Shown piece after piece: positions 27,080-39,549 of a stretch of DNA of 64,000 bases (positions within the stretch are counted from its first letter, which is position 1; every line of letters starts with the position of its first letter). The stretch lies in the NCBI GenBank assembly GCA_964270895.1, contig OZ185436.1, one strand, 5' to 3'. The stretch comes from Podarcis filfolensis. Taxonomy: Eukaryota. The position numbers were made by a program, and so were the translations under genes. The notes beneath the pieces are model-generated. The model worked only from the letters and a program-made list of their open reading frames with translations. It ran no database searches and had not been told where the DNA came from.

Positions 27080-27176
27080 TAGGGCTGCCCATGTGGTGCC
27101 TGTGGATGTGGTGGCGGCTTTGAGGACTTCCCCTTGTACCCACAAAGCCTCTGAGCTCCTCCACTCCACACACACT

Positions 27177-27214
<38 letters not shown>

Positions 27215-27525
27215 CCCTCTTGGTCATGAGGTGCTGAGGGTGGTTTCCTTTTCCTCCCTTGAAAAGTACAGAGAATTGAAAGAGGAAGTTGAGAAGACTG
27301 GTATTCTATCCCACTTCCCCTTAGGTATTGTGTGCTTTTCAAGATTCAGATATATTCAATTGCGGGGGGGAGTGTATTCATGCCATGCACTTTCTCGGTT
27401 TCTGTATCTTGAAAGGGGGCTGATCTGGAGGATGGGGGAGAACACTGACCAGAGGGGGTGGTACCCACAGTACTCGCTCAAAAATCCAAATGTGCCCACA
27501 GGCCTCAAAAAGGTTAACAACCCAG
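27080..27525. mobile_element. Decayed hAT-like MITE containing an (AC)n tract
   Basis: Left end agggctgcccatgtggtgcc; right end gcccacaggcctcaaaaaggttaacaacccag. No clear TSD. Confidence 0.35.
27178..27213 (+). repeat. (CA)n microsatellite
   Basis: Direct reading. Confidence 0.95.
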
Positions 27526-29039
27526 GGAAAACTATGTAATACTACCTCTGCCATTGCGCAATCTGCTGCTTTCACTCTTCCCCACTATTTTTATCCAAAT
27601 TCCTCGCAGCACATTCACAATTTCACAAATAATACTGCACAAATATATTTCTACGGCTTCGTTCATTCTGAGTGCAGAACGTCCATTTATTGAACGCAGA
27701 ACCTAGTTTCTTTCTTTTAAAACTATCTACACTTTAAAAAGAAGTACCAAGACATACGCACGCACAGCTACATCACAGACACACCAGTCAATCCTGTCAA
27801 CAGGGCTACAGGCAGTAAATGGGATTACAGACAAGAGCAAAGAGCTTGGAGTGTCACGAGCTCACTGTGACTGATTGAGAGACATCACAGGGGTTGGGAA
27901 GGGCGGGCTGCAAGGGTGGGAGTGACAGGAAGCCAAGGTCGAAAAGCCTTTGGAAAGCTGTGAATTAAAAGAGAGGCTGAAGGGTTTAGAACAGCGTGAC
28001 CTAAGAAGGAATAACAGACAGAATTGGTGCAAACTGTGTCCGGGGCAGCACTATCTGACAGTTGAGAAGGAAAAGTGACGCAAGAGAGAAATGGCCTTTT
28101 TCCTGCTGGACTGTGCCTTATAATGTTGTTGACAAACCCGGCACCTTTTTATGAAAATGGTTTAACAGCCATGCTGTGCCACACAAGGCACAGCAAAGCA
28201 CAGTCACATGAGAAGCAACGACCTTACAAGACCAACATGATCTCACACGCTTAGTCAAAGCAGAGAAATTTGCAGCCAGAAGCTCTTTAAGCTGCCTTGC
28301 CTCTAAGCACTGAGGTACGAAAACCCAAGCACCATTGCCAGGGCAGGCTAGATAACGCAAGCAGCAAGTCGCAAGCCACAGTTGTTGCCACTTCTTCCCA
28401 GAATTGTCCCAGAGCTTCTGGCCCCAGTTTCTGCCAGGTGTCAACCAGGTAGACAGTACAGGAGATGCATTCTCAAGTTTAATTGATAGGAATTCTTCCT
28501 AAACTCTGCATTTGAATGCATCTGAAACTGAGAAAGAACACTAAGGTAATATCTTGCACTTGAAATCTTGCAATTCTCCAGACCGGCCAGACTCTTTGGA
28601 GAAATTGTTTCTTTCAGGGAACTGTAACATACTGGGCTGTACAATACGATGGTTGTTGAAGAGATCTATCCCAGCTTCTCTCACTTTCAAAGTCCACTGT
28701 TTCATTGCTCCTGGGATGTGTTTAAATGATCATTGAGGCCTCGTCTACACATGACAAATTGCCTCCCTAGGATTTCCTTGAGAATACCAAGGTTATCTTG
28801 AGGTAACAAATTACTCCCATTCATTTTGATGTGATTTTGGTTTTCTTCTCTTTAAAGTGTACTGAACTGCAGTTGATTGTACCCCATCTTCCTCCCAAAT
28901 CTGAGTGACATTTTATTATTCCATGGCTTAACTGTATACCATGGAACTTGGCATAGACAGCATTTCTGAAGACAGTTACTCAGGCAAAATTAGTTCTCTT
29001 TTTAAAAAACAACACCACCTTGTGAAAAACTGGTGATAT

Positions 29040-29100
29040 GTTTTAGAGTAGACCCATTGAAATTAATGGACCTAACTTAGTCATGTTCATTAATTTAGAG
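29040..29100. repeat. Partial copy of the palindromic tactcagagtagacccattga foldback element
   Basis: agagtagacccattgaaattaatggacctaacttagtcatgttcattaattt. Related to 37093..37210. Confidence 0.55.
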
Positions 29101-29107
29101 GATCAAA

Positions 29108-29255
29108 CTAGACCTGGGAGAACAGGGTTCAAATCCGCACTCGGCCATGAAGTCCATTGTGTGACCTTGGACCAATCACTGCTTCTTAGCCTAATTTACC
29201 TCACAAGATCACTGTGGGGATTAAATGAGGAGGGAGAGAACCTTGTATGCCACCA
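29108..29255 (+). mobile_element. tRNA-derived CORE/MIR-like squamate SINE
   Basis: B-box-like GGTTCAAATCC, followed by gtgaccttggaccaatcactgcttcttagcctaatttacctcacaag...gtggggattaaatgagg. Confidence 0.7.
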
Positions 29256-32200
29256 TAAGAAAATAGTAGGCTATAAATACATAAAGAAATGGGCCTACTC
29301 TGAGTAAAACAGTTGAATATCACCCAGAGTAGCAATGTAAAGCACGGCACTCTGTAGACACTGGTTAAAACTAGGCCTCAGGTCATCATAGACATGGGGA
29401 CACAAGGCTATTAATTCTTAAACTCTAGCTCACCAGCAGAAGTGATGAACAGAGCATAGCCAGGGCAGGATAACCTACTTAACACAGAGAGGTTGTTTAT
29501 TTTATTGTTGTTATTCCTATTAAAGAAGATGAGCCAACAAAAACAGAAATGAGGCCAGATCAGCTGCAGCTTCCATGGGAGAGAATAAACAAGCTGAAGA
29601 GTGTGTGAACTCTAGTGGAGGGGTGCAGATTCTGGAGACCTCCCTAATGCCTTAGCACCAGGAGCCATCTGGTTTGAGAAACAAACTGGGTTAGGGGAAT
29701 TATATTGGAGACTGGACAGACAAAAGCAGACAAGAAAACATTCCCCCAAATTCCAGGGTCAATGTCTCTTCCTGACACCAGGAAGAAAAGATGCATGTAT
29801 CCTGCCAAAATCAGAACTGATTCAGCCTTGGAATCCATTTTAAACACTTTAATTTAGCTTTATTTATTCATTACCAACAAAACAACAGAACAGTACAGAG
29901 TCAAGAGAAAGATATTTGAAATTCAGCAAGGAAGGGGAAAGGTGGCCTTTAATAGAAGGAAAAAAAACAGAAAGACAGTCAAACAACACAAAAACATATT
30001 GCATCTGAGCTAGAAACCAAACCCCTCCCTCCCACCCCCTAAAGAAAGGAAAATGAATCCTTGACTGGAAGTTTCTGTTAGAACAGAAACAGAATCAAAA
30101 TAAATTCCAGTTACTGGTTCAGAAACAAGATTTTAAAACCACAACTGAAGGTATTATTCTCATGGTCCAACAGCACAGAGGAAAAACCCGAGCACATGAA
30201 ACTGGCAGGATTTTTTTCTTTCTTATTTTATCCTATTGCATAAAACAAGAAACACAAATTCTTTTAACACACTAACAGAACAATCTGTGCCCCATCCTCA
30301 CTACACTGGGATGCATGTGTGTGTTGAATGGTGGAAATGCCCCTCCACCCAGCTCTCCTAGCTCAGGTAGCTTTCCACCAACCAACAAACGTGTGTGCAG
30401 GGCAGAGAGGCCTGCTGGTGAGATCCTTCAAATGTTCCAAAATAGGACATTCCAAGAGCAGGGAGGTAGTTGGAACGAGTTAATCTGGGATCCACTGAAT
30501 CCCAAGCCAGTCTCACTGTCATCACCTGACAGCATTGGGCCCGGTTGTCCTGCTCCACCCACCACTTTGAGCTGCAGCTAAGAGTACCAGGGCTGCAGAT
30601 GTGAGCCGAGCCCTGCTGCCCAGCAAAGCTCCACGAACAGGAAGGGGTAAGTTTAGAGTGCATCCTAAGAATGTAAACAGATGGGGGTGGGCTGTCTGTG
30701 CTTCAGCCATGATGTAGATTCTACCCAAACTTCGTAGCTGTTCAAGTTGTTGCCGAAATGTTTTCGTTCTACATGTCCTACTTCATCTCACTATTCCCAC
30801 TATGCTTCTATCCTTAGTGCCCCATGTTAGAGAGGCAGACTTTCACTTGAAAGTGTCCTCCACCTGTCCAAGTCCAGTTATAAGGTAAGAAAAGCTTAAG
30901 GAGGGTGAACGGGGCCTTGAAGAGCGCCACAAATGTCAATGACTTCAACAATAAGGCAGGAAACCACCTATTCCCTTGGACGTACCAAAGCATTAAAGGG
31001 GAAGGAATACGGCCTAGATTACACTGTCTGTGGCGCAACCAAGAATAGAACCTGATCTCATGACTCTGAGCCCTCTGCTTCAACAAGTCCATTCTTTGTC
31101 TTCTCGGGGGGTGGGGGTGGGAACTATATAAAGCACCCAGTCTCTAAAGTAAGGAAGTAATCCTCATGAACTGAAAGAAATAACTAAAAGACTTATACTG
31201 GCAAAATCCCCTACATCTCATGTCTTCTTGTTGGAGGGTGTGTGTATAGAGTTTCTCACACAAAAACAAGCATACCATTGTCTAGGGTTTATACCCAAGG
31301 CAGACTAATCAGGTGGCCATTTTCAAGCAATCCAGCTGACCAACAGAGGAAGCAATAATGACCACACAAAAAGAAAGCCATGCAGATTTATTGGTTGGAT
31401 GAGACTGATGCAAAACAATGATCCAGGGAAAGGGTGGCAAGTAACACCAGTCAGATATTCCCAAACTTTCCAACTTGCTAAAAAATATACCCTCCATTGG
31501 GAGTCTTATGTAGGGGAAGGGAAAGGGGCACAAAGATAAACTCAAGGAGAACGGAGGAGGAAAAGGAATGTGCAAAAGTAAGGGATCTCTTAACTATGGT
31601 TAAATACACACCAAGCCTTAGGTCTAGATTAGGATAGCGGGAAAATTCCAAGGACAGTTATTCTTTTCCCCCTAAGGCCAAATCTTTCAAAAGCATCTCG
31701 TGTTCTGTGGTGACCAACCAAAGAAAGCTCATGTTTACAGAAAGTAACTGACAATATACATAAATAAAATAAGATGTCTTGTGTAAAAGTCATCTATGCT
31801 GACTGGCAATTTCTGCTTCAGTTGAGAGTTTTCATGGGAGATATGTCAATGAAGTTAATAAACTATTAGACTGGAAATAATACAAAAGATTCTGTCACAG
31901 AGCAGGAGGTACCTTGACAAAAACAACTCTCAAGTTATTCCTCATAGACTTTGATGATGAACATCCTAATCTTTCAATGCAACCATCAGCATATTTTCAA
32001 TTCCTCATAAACTGTTCAGATCAGTTTGTTGATAAAGTATAATGAAATAGTAAACCACTACATTCCAATCATGAAATAAACATGAATCCTCTACTAAGAC
32101 TAATATTTGGCCAACATCTCTGAGAAAGAAGTCCCTAAATATAATAACCCTAAAGATATCCCCTACAGATCCCTCTGGAATTTACCTGCCTTATTTATGG

Positions 32201-33854
32201 CGTCCCCACTCTCTTATCTCTAAGGAGATTCCCTGCCAGGCCTAATCCTAATCTCATTGGCCCCAACCTTATCTCATTTACAGAGAAACTCTCCTGGCTA
32301 GAACTGAGTCTGGCTCTAAAAGGCTCTCATTTCTTCTAATAGAGCCTAGATAACTTGTGTAAACAACCTTGAGAGAGACAAATAAAAACTCCAACAGAAC
32401 TTGGTGTTCAGATAATCCCCTTCCAAGAGGTTCACAGTGTTTAATCTCTCCTCTTCCCCCATCACTCCAACCAGGGTGACAGAAAATCTGTAAATGCCCA
32501 AGTGCCTGAGGCAATAGGCTCAAAAGGTCTCATTTCTCCCTCATCAATATTTAAGGGACTTCTGTCTTTCTTGGGACCATTTGTAGGTTTAATAACAGAT
32601 GGTGGCTGTCTGAATAAGCGGGTTGCTCTTTTCAAAAACAGGGAGGAACCAAGAACTGGGACAATACACAAGGCCATACAGCAAGCTACAGAGAACTCCT
32701 ATCTCAAGTTATGCTCTAAGTGTTCATAATTAGTACTTTTTTCTTCCCTTGCAATGCCAATCTAATCTAAACTGGACATAGCATTAATCTGATCTAGAGT
32801 GATCAGACTAAATAATTATAATCAAATAATTGTGAAGAAGAGAGTTTGGCAAAAGCAAGGGTGTAGAAAAGCTGCGCTATTTTCCAAAGGAAATCACAAA
32901 GAACAGCAAAGAGTTGGTGTGGAAAAAAGAGCAATACAGTATGTAATTATCTGTTTGACTTGTGGTCTGTTTGACCACAAGTCAAACAACGCAGGCAAGG
33001 GAGTACAAAGAGGATGTGGCTTCTATGTGGCAATCCTAGCATATGAAAAAGTCATCTTCACATTTAGTCACCTTTGCAAATCCAAAGATCATTGCATTTG
33101 TGCACAACAATCCCATGACAACAGAAATGTAATGACTGGGACTGGGGGAAGGCCAGCAGGGCATCTCTTCTATAATACCACAGAGGTGAAAGAATTCCAA
33201 AATAACAAAATATCTAGTGATTAAAAAGTTATCAGTTCCTGCTATGGTTACTTAACTGCAGTTTTATTTAGGTCTGTATAGCAGTAAATTAATGAGAAAC
33301 CCACCAATCAGGGAGAGGAACTATAACTTCCTACAGTGCAGCTGCCCTACTGAATTTCCATTTTAGCCATGTAACAAATGCACATTTATTTGTTTGTTTT
33401 TAGCTAAGTTGCACCCACCCATCCCTTCCTCTTTTACCTCTGACTGAACCTCTTTCCTGTCTCTCTGTCAGGAAAGCAACAGAGATCTGAAAGGCAGTAG
33501 TGCTTTCCTGGGCAGCCAGTGTTGATATTCTCCCTCTTCTGCCAGCAAGAGAACATATGCACAAATGCAGCAGCCACAGCTCCCAGCTATATTCCCCCAG
33601 GAACAGTGGCTGCTGTGGCTTTGTTCACTCTCACTTTCTGGGAGAGAGGGGGATGAGGACTCCCATACAATAATAATGGGCACCTAAAGGCAGATTCTAC
33701 TTGCCATAGGCATCCATGAACACCTAATTACAAGGCTGAAGTGGAGCATCGCAATTCCACTTCTCAATCTCTCTCGCCCTTTGTGCCAGAAGCCTGTTTT
33801 CTGCATTTGGGTAAGCTAGAACTTCTATACTCACAGACAGACATTTGCTCAGAG

Positions 33855-33962
33855 GAGTTAAGTCAACTCAGAGCACACCCACTGAAATGACCAGACATGG
33901 CTAACATGGAGTCATTAATTTTAATGGGTCTACTCTGAGTAGAACTTAGTTGGCTACAATCC
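33855..33962. repeat. Decayed palindromic foldback element (family of 37093..37210)
   Basis: aactcagagcacacccactgaaatg ... cattaattttaatgggtctactctgagtagaacttagttggctacaatcc. Confidence 0.6.
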
Positions 33963-33989
33963 AGGGCTGTTGTTTTTTAGTGTGTAGAT

Positions 33990-34240
33990 CAGGGGTCAGC
34001 AACCTTTTTCAGCTGTGGGCCGGTCCACCGTCCCTCAGACCATGTGAGGGGCCGGACTATATTTGGGGGGGGGGGGATGAACGAATTCCTATGCCCCACA
34101 AATAACCCAGAGATGCATTTTAAATAAAAGGACACATTCTACTCATGTAAAAACACGCTGATTCCTGGACCATCCGCGGGACCGATTGAGAAGGCGATTG
34201 GGCCGCATCTGGCCCCCGGGCCTTAGGTTGCCTATCCCTG
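33990..34240. mobile_element. hAT (Buster/Charlie-like) MITE
   Basis: TIRs CAGGGGTCAGCAACCT / AGGTTGCCTATCCCTG. TSD gtgtagat (33982-33989) / gtgtagct (34241-34248). Confidence 0.88.
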
Positions 34241-36171
34241 GTGTAGCTCAATGTACCAACAGTCACACCTGTATAGCTAGCATTACTTAGTAGCTTCTGG
34301 CTGCCCACTGTTAGCCTGTGTTCTGACCAGCAGGGCTGTTCGTATGACCCCACAAAGGCTTAGGTGAGAAATCGTGTCTACCAGTAGTTTCTTTAAGGTG
34401 AAGAAGATGCACAGATATTTTTTATTAAAGTGCCTTGAGAGCATAACACTCATGCTAATGCCAAGCACAGGCACAGTGTGCTGATCCCTTAGCAGCCAAA
34501 TTGAGGGAGCGCCTGGCATACTTAGGGGAATCTTGGACATTTGCAGAAGCACATAAAATGTACCAATAGCAGAGAGGACCCAAAGGAGGGCAGCAGGAAC
34601 AAAGAAGAACAAAAGTGCATGCAGCCTAGCAATGCTGTTACCTGAACCACAGTAGGAGCCCATGATGCACTGCTAGGCCCCTCCTTCCACCTCAGTGGGA
34701 TCAGTACAGGAGGGCAGAGATACACAGCCACAACTCCACATTCCTACATCTTTGGAAGTTCTAAATTAAGAAATCCTACTTCTTAAGGACCTCAGGGAGA
34801 AGGTCAGTGCAAAAAGATTGGATTCTTTTATTTGCTTGCCTAAGTTTCCAGTCTGTCGGTGTCATGATGTTTTAAGTGTCACTTGTCTTAAAAATGTGTA
34901 TGATTACACCAGCTTTAAAGAAATTGAGGTGTTGACGAGTGTAATGTATGACCTGTTAGTTTCAATTGCAGCTAGAAATATATGTACAGAAGAACTTCTG
35001 AAGTCTCGCTTTCAAGAGCTCCAGGATGGAGGAGGAGGACAAAAGAAAAACTATGCTCCAGATTAGCATCGCTGCCCCTGCCCCTCTTCTCCCAAATGCC
35101 GAGATATGAAATTGCCATCCAGTTGCAAGAACCAATGAGACAATCCCCTTCTCAGTGCAGAGCTAGGAAGAGGCACAAGGGAAATGGGGAGGGAAGGAAA
35201 GGGGGGAGGGGTGACAGAAGAGACAAGATGAGGAAGGGCAGGTCAAGGGTGAGGCTACAGCTGCAACAGGTGCCGGCTGGCAGACCATCCTCAGAGAGGC
35301 AACTGTCTGAGGCATGTCTATCAAGGCACAGCAAACAGGGTCAAGCCTGCACTGTTGCTCCCTGGGACAAAGGGGCTCTGTGCGTTTGCATCTGGCATCC
35401 TGAACAAATGCAAGAGGGCAGGATAGCATGGAGAGAAGAGGCTGCTCTCCATGGAGAAGAGGGGCCCTGGTCATTCTACAAGGACATGAGCTCACAATCT
35501 TCTTTTAAGGCCATCTTCTGGAGAAGGCTTGTCTATCTTCCCCTTTGACCTCCGATATTGCACAAACTTAGGCAGGAAGCAGCACTGCCCATATCCAGCA
35601 ACACAGGCAGTGGGGCTTCTCAGACTACAGATGTAGGCACCCATGAATTTGCAAACACAACAGCTCTCCATGCACATCTGTCTTTTCCTGAGACAAACGA
35701 ACCAAGGCATGGCTGAGTTGTTGAAAGGTCTCATTCAGTGGAAAGGTATGGCTACTTCTCAGTGGAGGGAAATGAATTTAATTCACTGTATTATGACATC
35801 ACATGTACAGAACAAATATTTTAAATACCCTGACCTGGGGCTGAGCTTTGGTGAGTTCTAACTCAAGCTAAGCCATATCTTTTTAAGCATTTCCAGCATT
35901 TCTTAATATGATTATCCTTCCAAGCTCATTAGGTCATTTTCCTTGAGACACAATGAACACAATCCATAAGCCACCATTTATGCAACAAAGTACACCTAAG
36001 TCCCAGAGAGGGGACCCTGAATGCAGACAGAGGCTCAACTCAATACATTTGAGATTTCTTCCAGTCTTATGATCACTGAATACTGGTGGCCAAAGCACTT
36101 CTGCCAGTGCAAACTGCTCCAAGTGACAGAGAAATTAGAGCAGTTTCCCAGCTCACAGACTAAATAGAGCA

Positions 36172-36290
36172 GGGAGGTGAAACCTGTGACCGTTCAGATG
36201 TTGCTGGAGTCAAATCCCCATCAGCATTAGCTAGCACGGCTAATGGTCAGAGATAATGGAGCTGTAGTACAAGACGACACAGGATTTCCC
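36172..36290. mobile_element. Decayed relative of the 137-bp hAT MITE
   Basis: cagatgttgctggagtcaaatccccatcagc...ggtcagagataatggagctgtagt keeps the internal layout of 11233..11369. Confidence 0.55.
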
Positions 36291-36504
36291 TCCCTGAACC
36301 AGGAGAGCTATTTCATATTTATAACAGTAATGAAAGAGGATGCAGCCCAAGGTTCTTCAGCATAATTCCTGTCCTCTCCACCCCAGCCTCCTAGCTCAAG
36401 CAACACTTATGTTCTTCGTAATGACGTTTTCATGAGAGTGACTCCTGTGAGGTGGTGAACACACCTTGAAGTAGAAAAACCCAGGCAGTGGCATTGAACT
36501 GTGG

Positions 36505-36650
36505 CTTCGTACATACCACACAAATGATGCACACAACAGAAAATCCTGGGAAATACAATTCACCCCACACAGCTACAATTCCCGGCACCCTTAACAAACT
36601 GCACTTCCCAAGATTCTTGGGGAGCTCAATGTATGGTGTGTCTGCAGCCT
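36505..36650. mobile_element. Squamate non-autonomous DNA element (ctacaattcccag family)
   Basis: aaatcctgggaaatacaattcaccccacacagctacaattcccggcacccttaacaaactgcacttcccaagattcttgggg. Confidence 0.55.
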
Positions 36651-37092
36651 TTGGAAGGTTCTAAATGCACGTCTGAGGGGCAGCACACCCATAGGCGACT
36701 GGCAAGGGAAAGTCTGAGCTAACTGTTGAGCACATTGAGGAAGCATGCCTTAAGCTAGCCACACCCCTTCCTGCAGCACCCACATTCCTTCTCAAGGACT
36801 GCATCTGTTCCACCTCCTTTTACGAGAAACAGGAGATGGGAAGATTTTCCTTGCCACACAGTGCCAGGATCAGCCTTTTCACCAAAGTGCCAAAGGGAAT
36901 TCTGGCACAAGCTTTGCTGCTTTTAAGCGAAAGGATTAACAACCTTGCCAGGAGACAGAAACTGCAGACAGCCACTGTGTGAGCTGCATGGAAGGCTATG
37001 CTACTGCCCCACATCTCCAGCTATTCACCCTGTAGAAAGTTCACCCATTATTTCACCCATCCGCTTCTGCTCTCTGTTTTTGAGAGTGAGGA

Positions 37093-37210
37093 GTTATAGC
37101 CAGCATTAATCCTACTCAGAGTAGACTCGTTTAAATCAATGGACCTTAAGTTAGACATGGCCATTAATTCCAGTGGTTCTGCTCTGAGAAGGATTAATGC
37201 TGGCTACAAC
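37093..37210. repeat. 118-bp foldback (palindromic MITE-like) element
   Basis: Arms gttatagccagcattaatcct / aggattaatgctggctacaac pair at 20/21. Pairing continues inward (actcagagtagac / gttctgctctgaga). Confidence 0.85.
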
Positions 37211-38123
37211 CCAATGTTATATATGCACAGGGACTGGATTTTAAAAAGAACTAGGAGTCAAAACAATCAGGAAGCCTTTAGGAAAACTTAATTCCAGTGT
37301 CACACAGGGTCCTTCCTGCCACATTTCCTAGCCAGCAAACTGCCTATAATTCTCGGGCCTTGCGTCCCTCAAATATTTTGTCCTATGCCTAGCAATAATA
37401 ACTGTTCCCCATCTCTTTTGCAGTCTTCACATAATGCCTCCCATTATATACATCTCTGTAGCCGCACGTCCCATCCTCTATTTACCTCTAGGTTGGGGGA
37501 ACAAGACTGAAGGAAGCCTGGGATAATTGTGTTCCTGCTGTAGCTGCAGAGACAGCCAGGGGCAGGGTCTGATTGCACAGGGTCCCTAGGAGGATCAAGT
37601 AACTGCTGAGGCAGCGTTTTCCCCATCTTCCAATCTCAGTCAGGCGGCCCTTGCTGAAAAAAACCAAGTTCTCGATGTCACCCCAGGAGTTCCACACACA
37701 CACACACACACCTCAAGGTTAAAGCAGGGGACACAGACCACTTTATACACTGACATATGAAGACACTTCAGGGGGGTTAAGCCCCACTACAGTTCCGCTA
37801 TATGTTGCACTCAAAACTGACATATGACAAAGGTACAGATCCTTTTCTTCCCTGTTTGCACGTTTGGTTATTTTTAGCATTTTTTGGGACTAGATGGCAT
37901 GCAAAGGTGAGGGCAGGGACGCTCTGAAAAGTCAGCTGAAACTAGTTTCAGACCTAACTAACCCTATAACTGCATTCTTTACCAATCTGCCTACCAGGGG
38001 GGTTGCTTTGTAGACCCAGAAGATGCTTTTGTGCTTCTTTGCAGGGCAATTGCGTCTTCAATCTTAACAATATGTCAATCAAAAGGGCAGGAAGAAAGGA
38101 AAAAGTAGCGGAAGAGGCAGAAT

Positions 38124-38510
38124 GTTTTTGTTGTTGTTGACAGCCATCTGTCTCGAGATACTGTGCCTCTGGGGGTGAAGTCAACCCACTGGAGAATCAC
38201 AGTGCGTGTTGTGGCTGCAGAGACTGGTAACTCCTAACTGCTGCCTCCCGTGTTGTTTTTTCTGTGTTAGGAGCACTAAGTGCAAGCCTGGGTGCCGTGT
38301 ATGAAGGTCCCTGGCTGCCCATTGGACAAAACTGCCCTCCCAGCCTTGCTGACATAGAAAGCATGATGTTTGGCACCAACTTGGCTGCAGGAGGGAGGCG
38401 TATAAGATGCTATCCAACTATCTTAGGGATTTCATTCTGGATTCATGTAGGGTTTACTCCTTAGTATTTTCTTCTCCCACAGATTTTTCCTCTGGGTTTA
38501 CTCCGGAAAC
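38124..38510 (-). mobile_element. Unclassified (CAA)-tailed non-LTR retroposon, possibly mobilised by an RTE-clade LINE
   Basis: The minus strand ends ...tctcgagacagatggctgtcaacaacaacaaaaac. Homologous to 700..1000. Confidence 0.6.
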
Positions 38511-39412
38511 CTTTCTCATGAATGAATATAGCAGCAAGGCAGCAGAGGTTTAGGATTAGAGTTTCCTTCTCCTTGAAGGGCAACCTTCCCAGGTTGACAA
38601 GCCCCATCTGCCCCTCATTTCCCTCTAAGGGAGGAGGAAACTACCGCCAAAGGAAGAAATTTTCTGGACACAAAGCAAACACCAGGATTCACCAGAGACA
38701 AATAATTGGATGCTAAAGCACACCATCTCAGTGGTTTCATCTATCCTCCTGCCACATGTCCATCCACACACTCACACATGCAGAACTGCCCCAGCAGAGA
38801 ACTCTTTAAAGCCTGCAATTTGGAATCTTAAAAGTGGAAGAGAAAATGGTAGAAATGAGACACCAGTCACTTCAGACCACATATCAATCCGAAAGGGATG
38901 ACAATCTGCCTATGTCTTCTCTCAGCCTTCATGGCTACAAAGCCAAAGCCCTGACAATGTGAAATCTCTCACAATCCGTTTGGACTAGAGGCAGCCAGCC
39001 ATTCTGGTGCCTCTTTTTATCGGAAAGAAGTCAGGAAATATCAAGAACAGGTGCTACTGCCCAAAAGGGAATGAAGTCTTACTGCTACACTGAATCAAGA
39101 GTATGAGTGTCCTAACAGTTACAGCAGTGTGGCTGACAGCGTAGATTGCTAGCTCAAGAACTTCAAACAGAGGTGTACACCAGGTCCTCTCTCTCAATGG
39201 TGTTGTCCAGCTTTTCCATATACCCAAGACATAAAAAAAGCACCAAGCTCCACCATTAAAAAGACCTCATGCTCTACATTACACTTTTTATGTACATAAA
39301 TAATTCACAGCATCTGCCGAATCTGCATAACTGCAGTGGGGAAAACATTTGTGCCACAGACATACTTTAAAGCACATATATGTCTCCACACCCAGATTGT
39401 CTCCATGTAGAG

Positions 39413-39549
39413 CAAGGTTACCCAAACTTGGATCTCCAACTGTTTTTGGACTACAACTCCCATTATCCCTAGGTAGCAGGACCAGTGGCCAGGGATGATG
39501 GGAATTGTAGTCCAAAAAATAGCTGGAGGCCCAAGTTTGGGAAACCCTG
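39413..39549. mobile_element. 137-bp hAT MITE (same family as 11233..11369)
   Basis: TIRs CAAGGTTACCCAAACTT / AAGTTTGGGAAACCCTG. Perfect TSD atgtagag (39405-39412 and 39550-39557). Same length and interior as the 11233 copy. Confidence 0.92.

Noticed and set aside
31770-33224. AT-rich stretch with moderately long frames; possible endogenous viral fragment or ERV (including tggcgtcccc as a possible PBS)
   Set aside because: I saw no viral, gag, pol or env motifs in the frames I translated, and the PBS match is too short. A BLASTx search would settle it.
34982-35548. 188-aa ORF
   Set aside because: Low-complexity purine-rich sequence with no domain or splice support.
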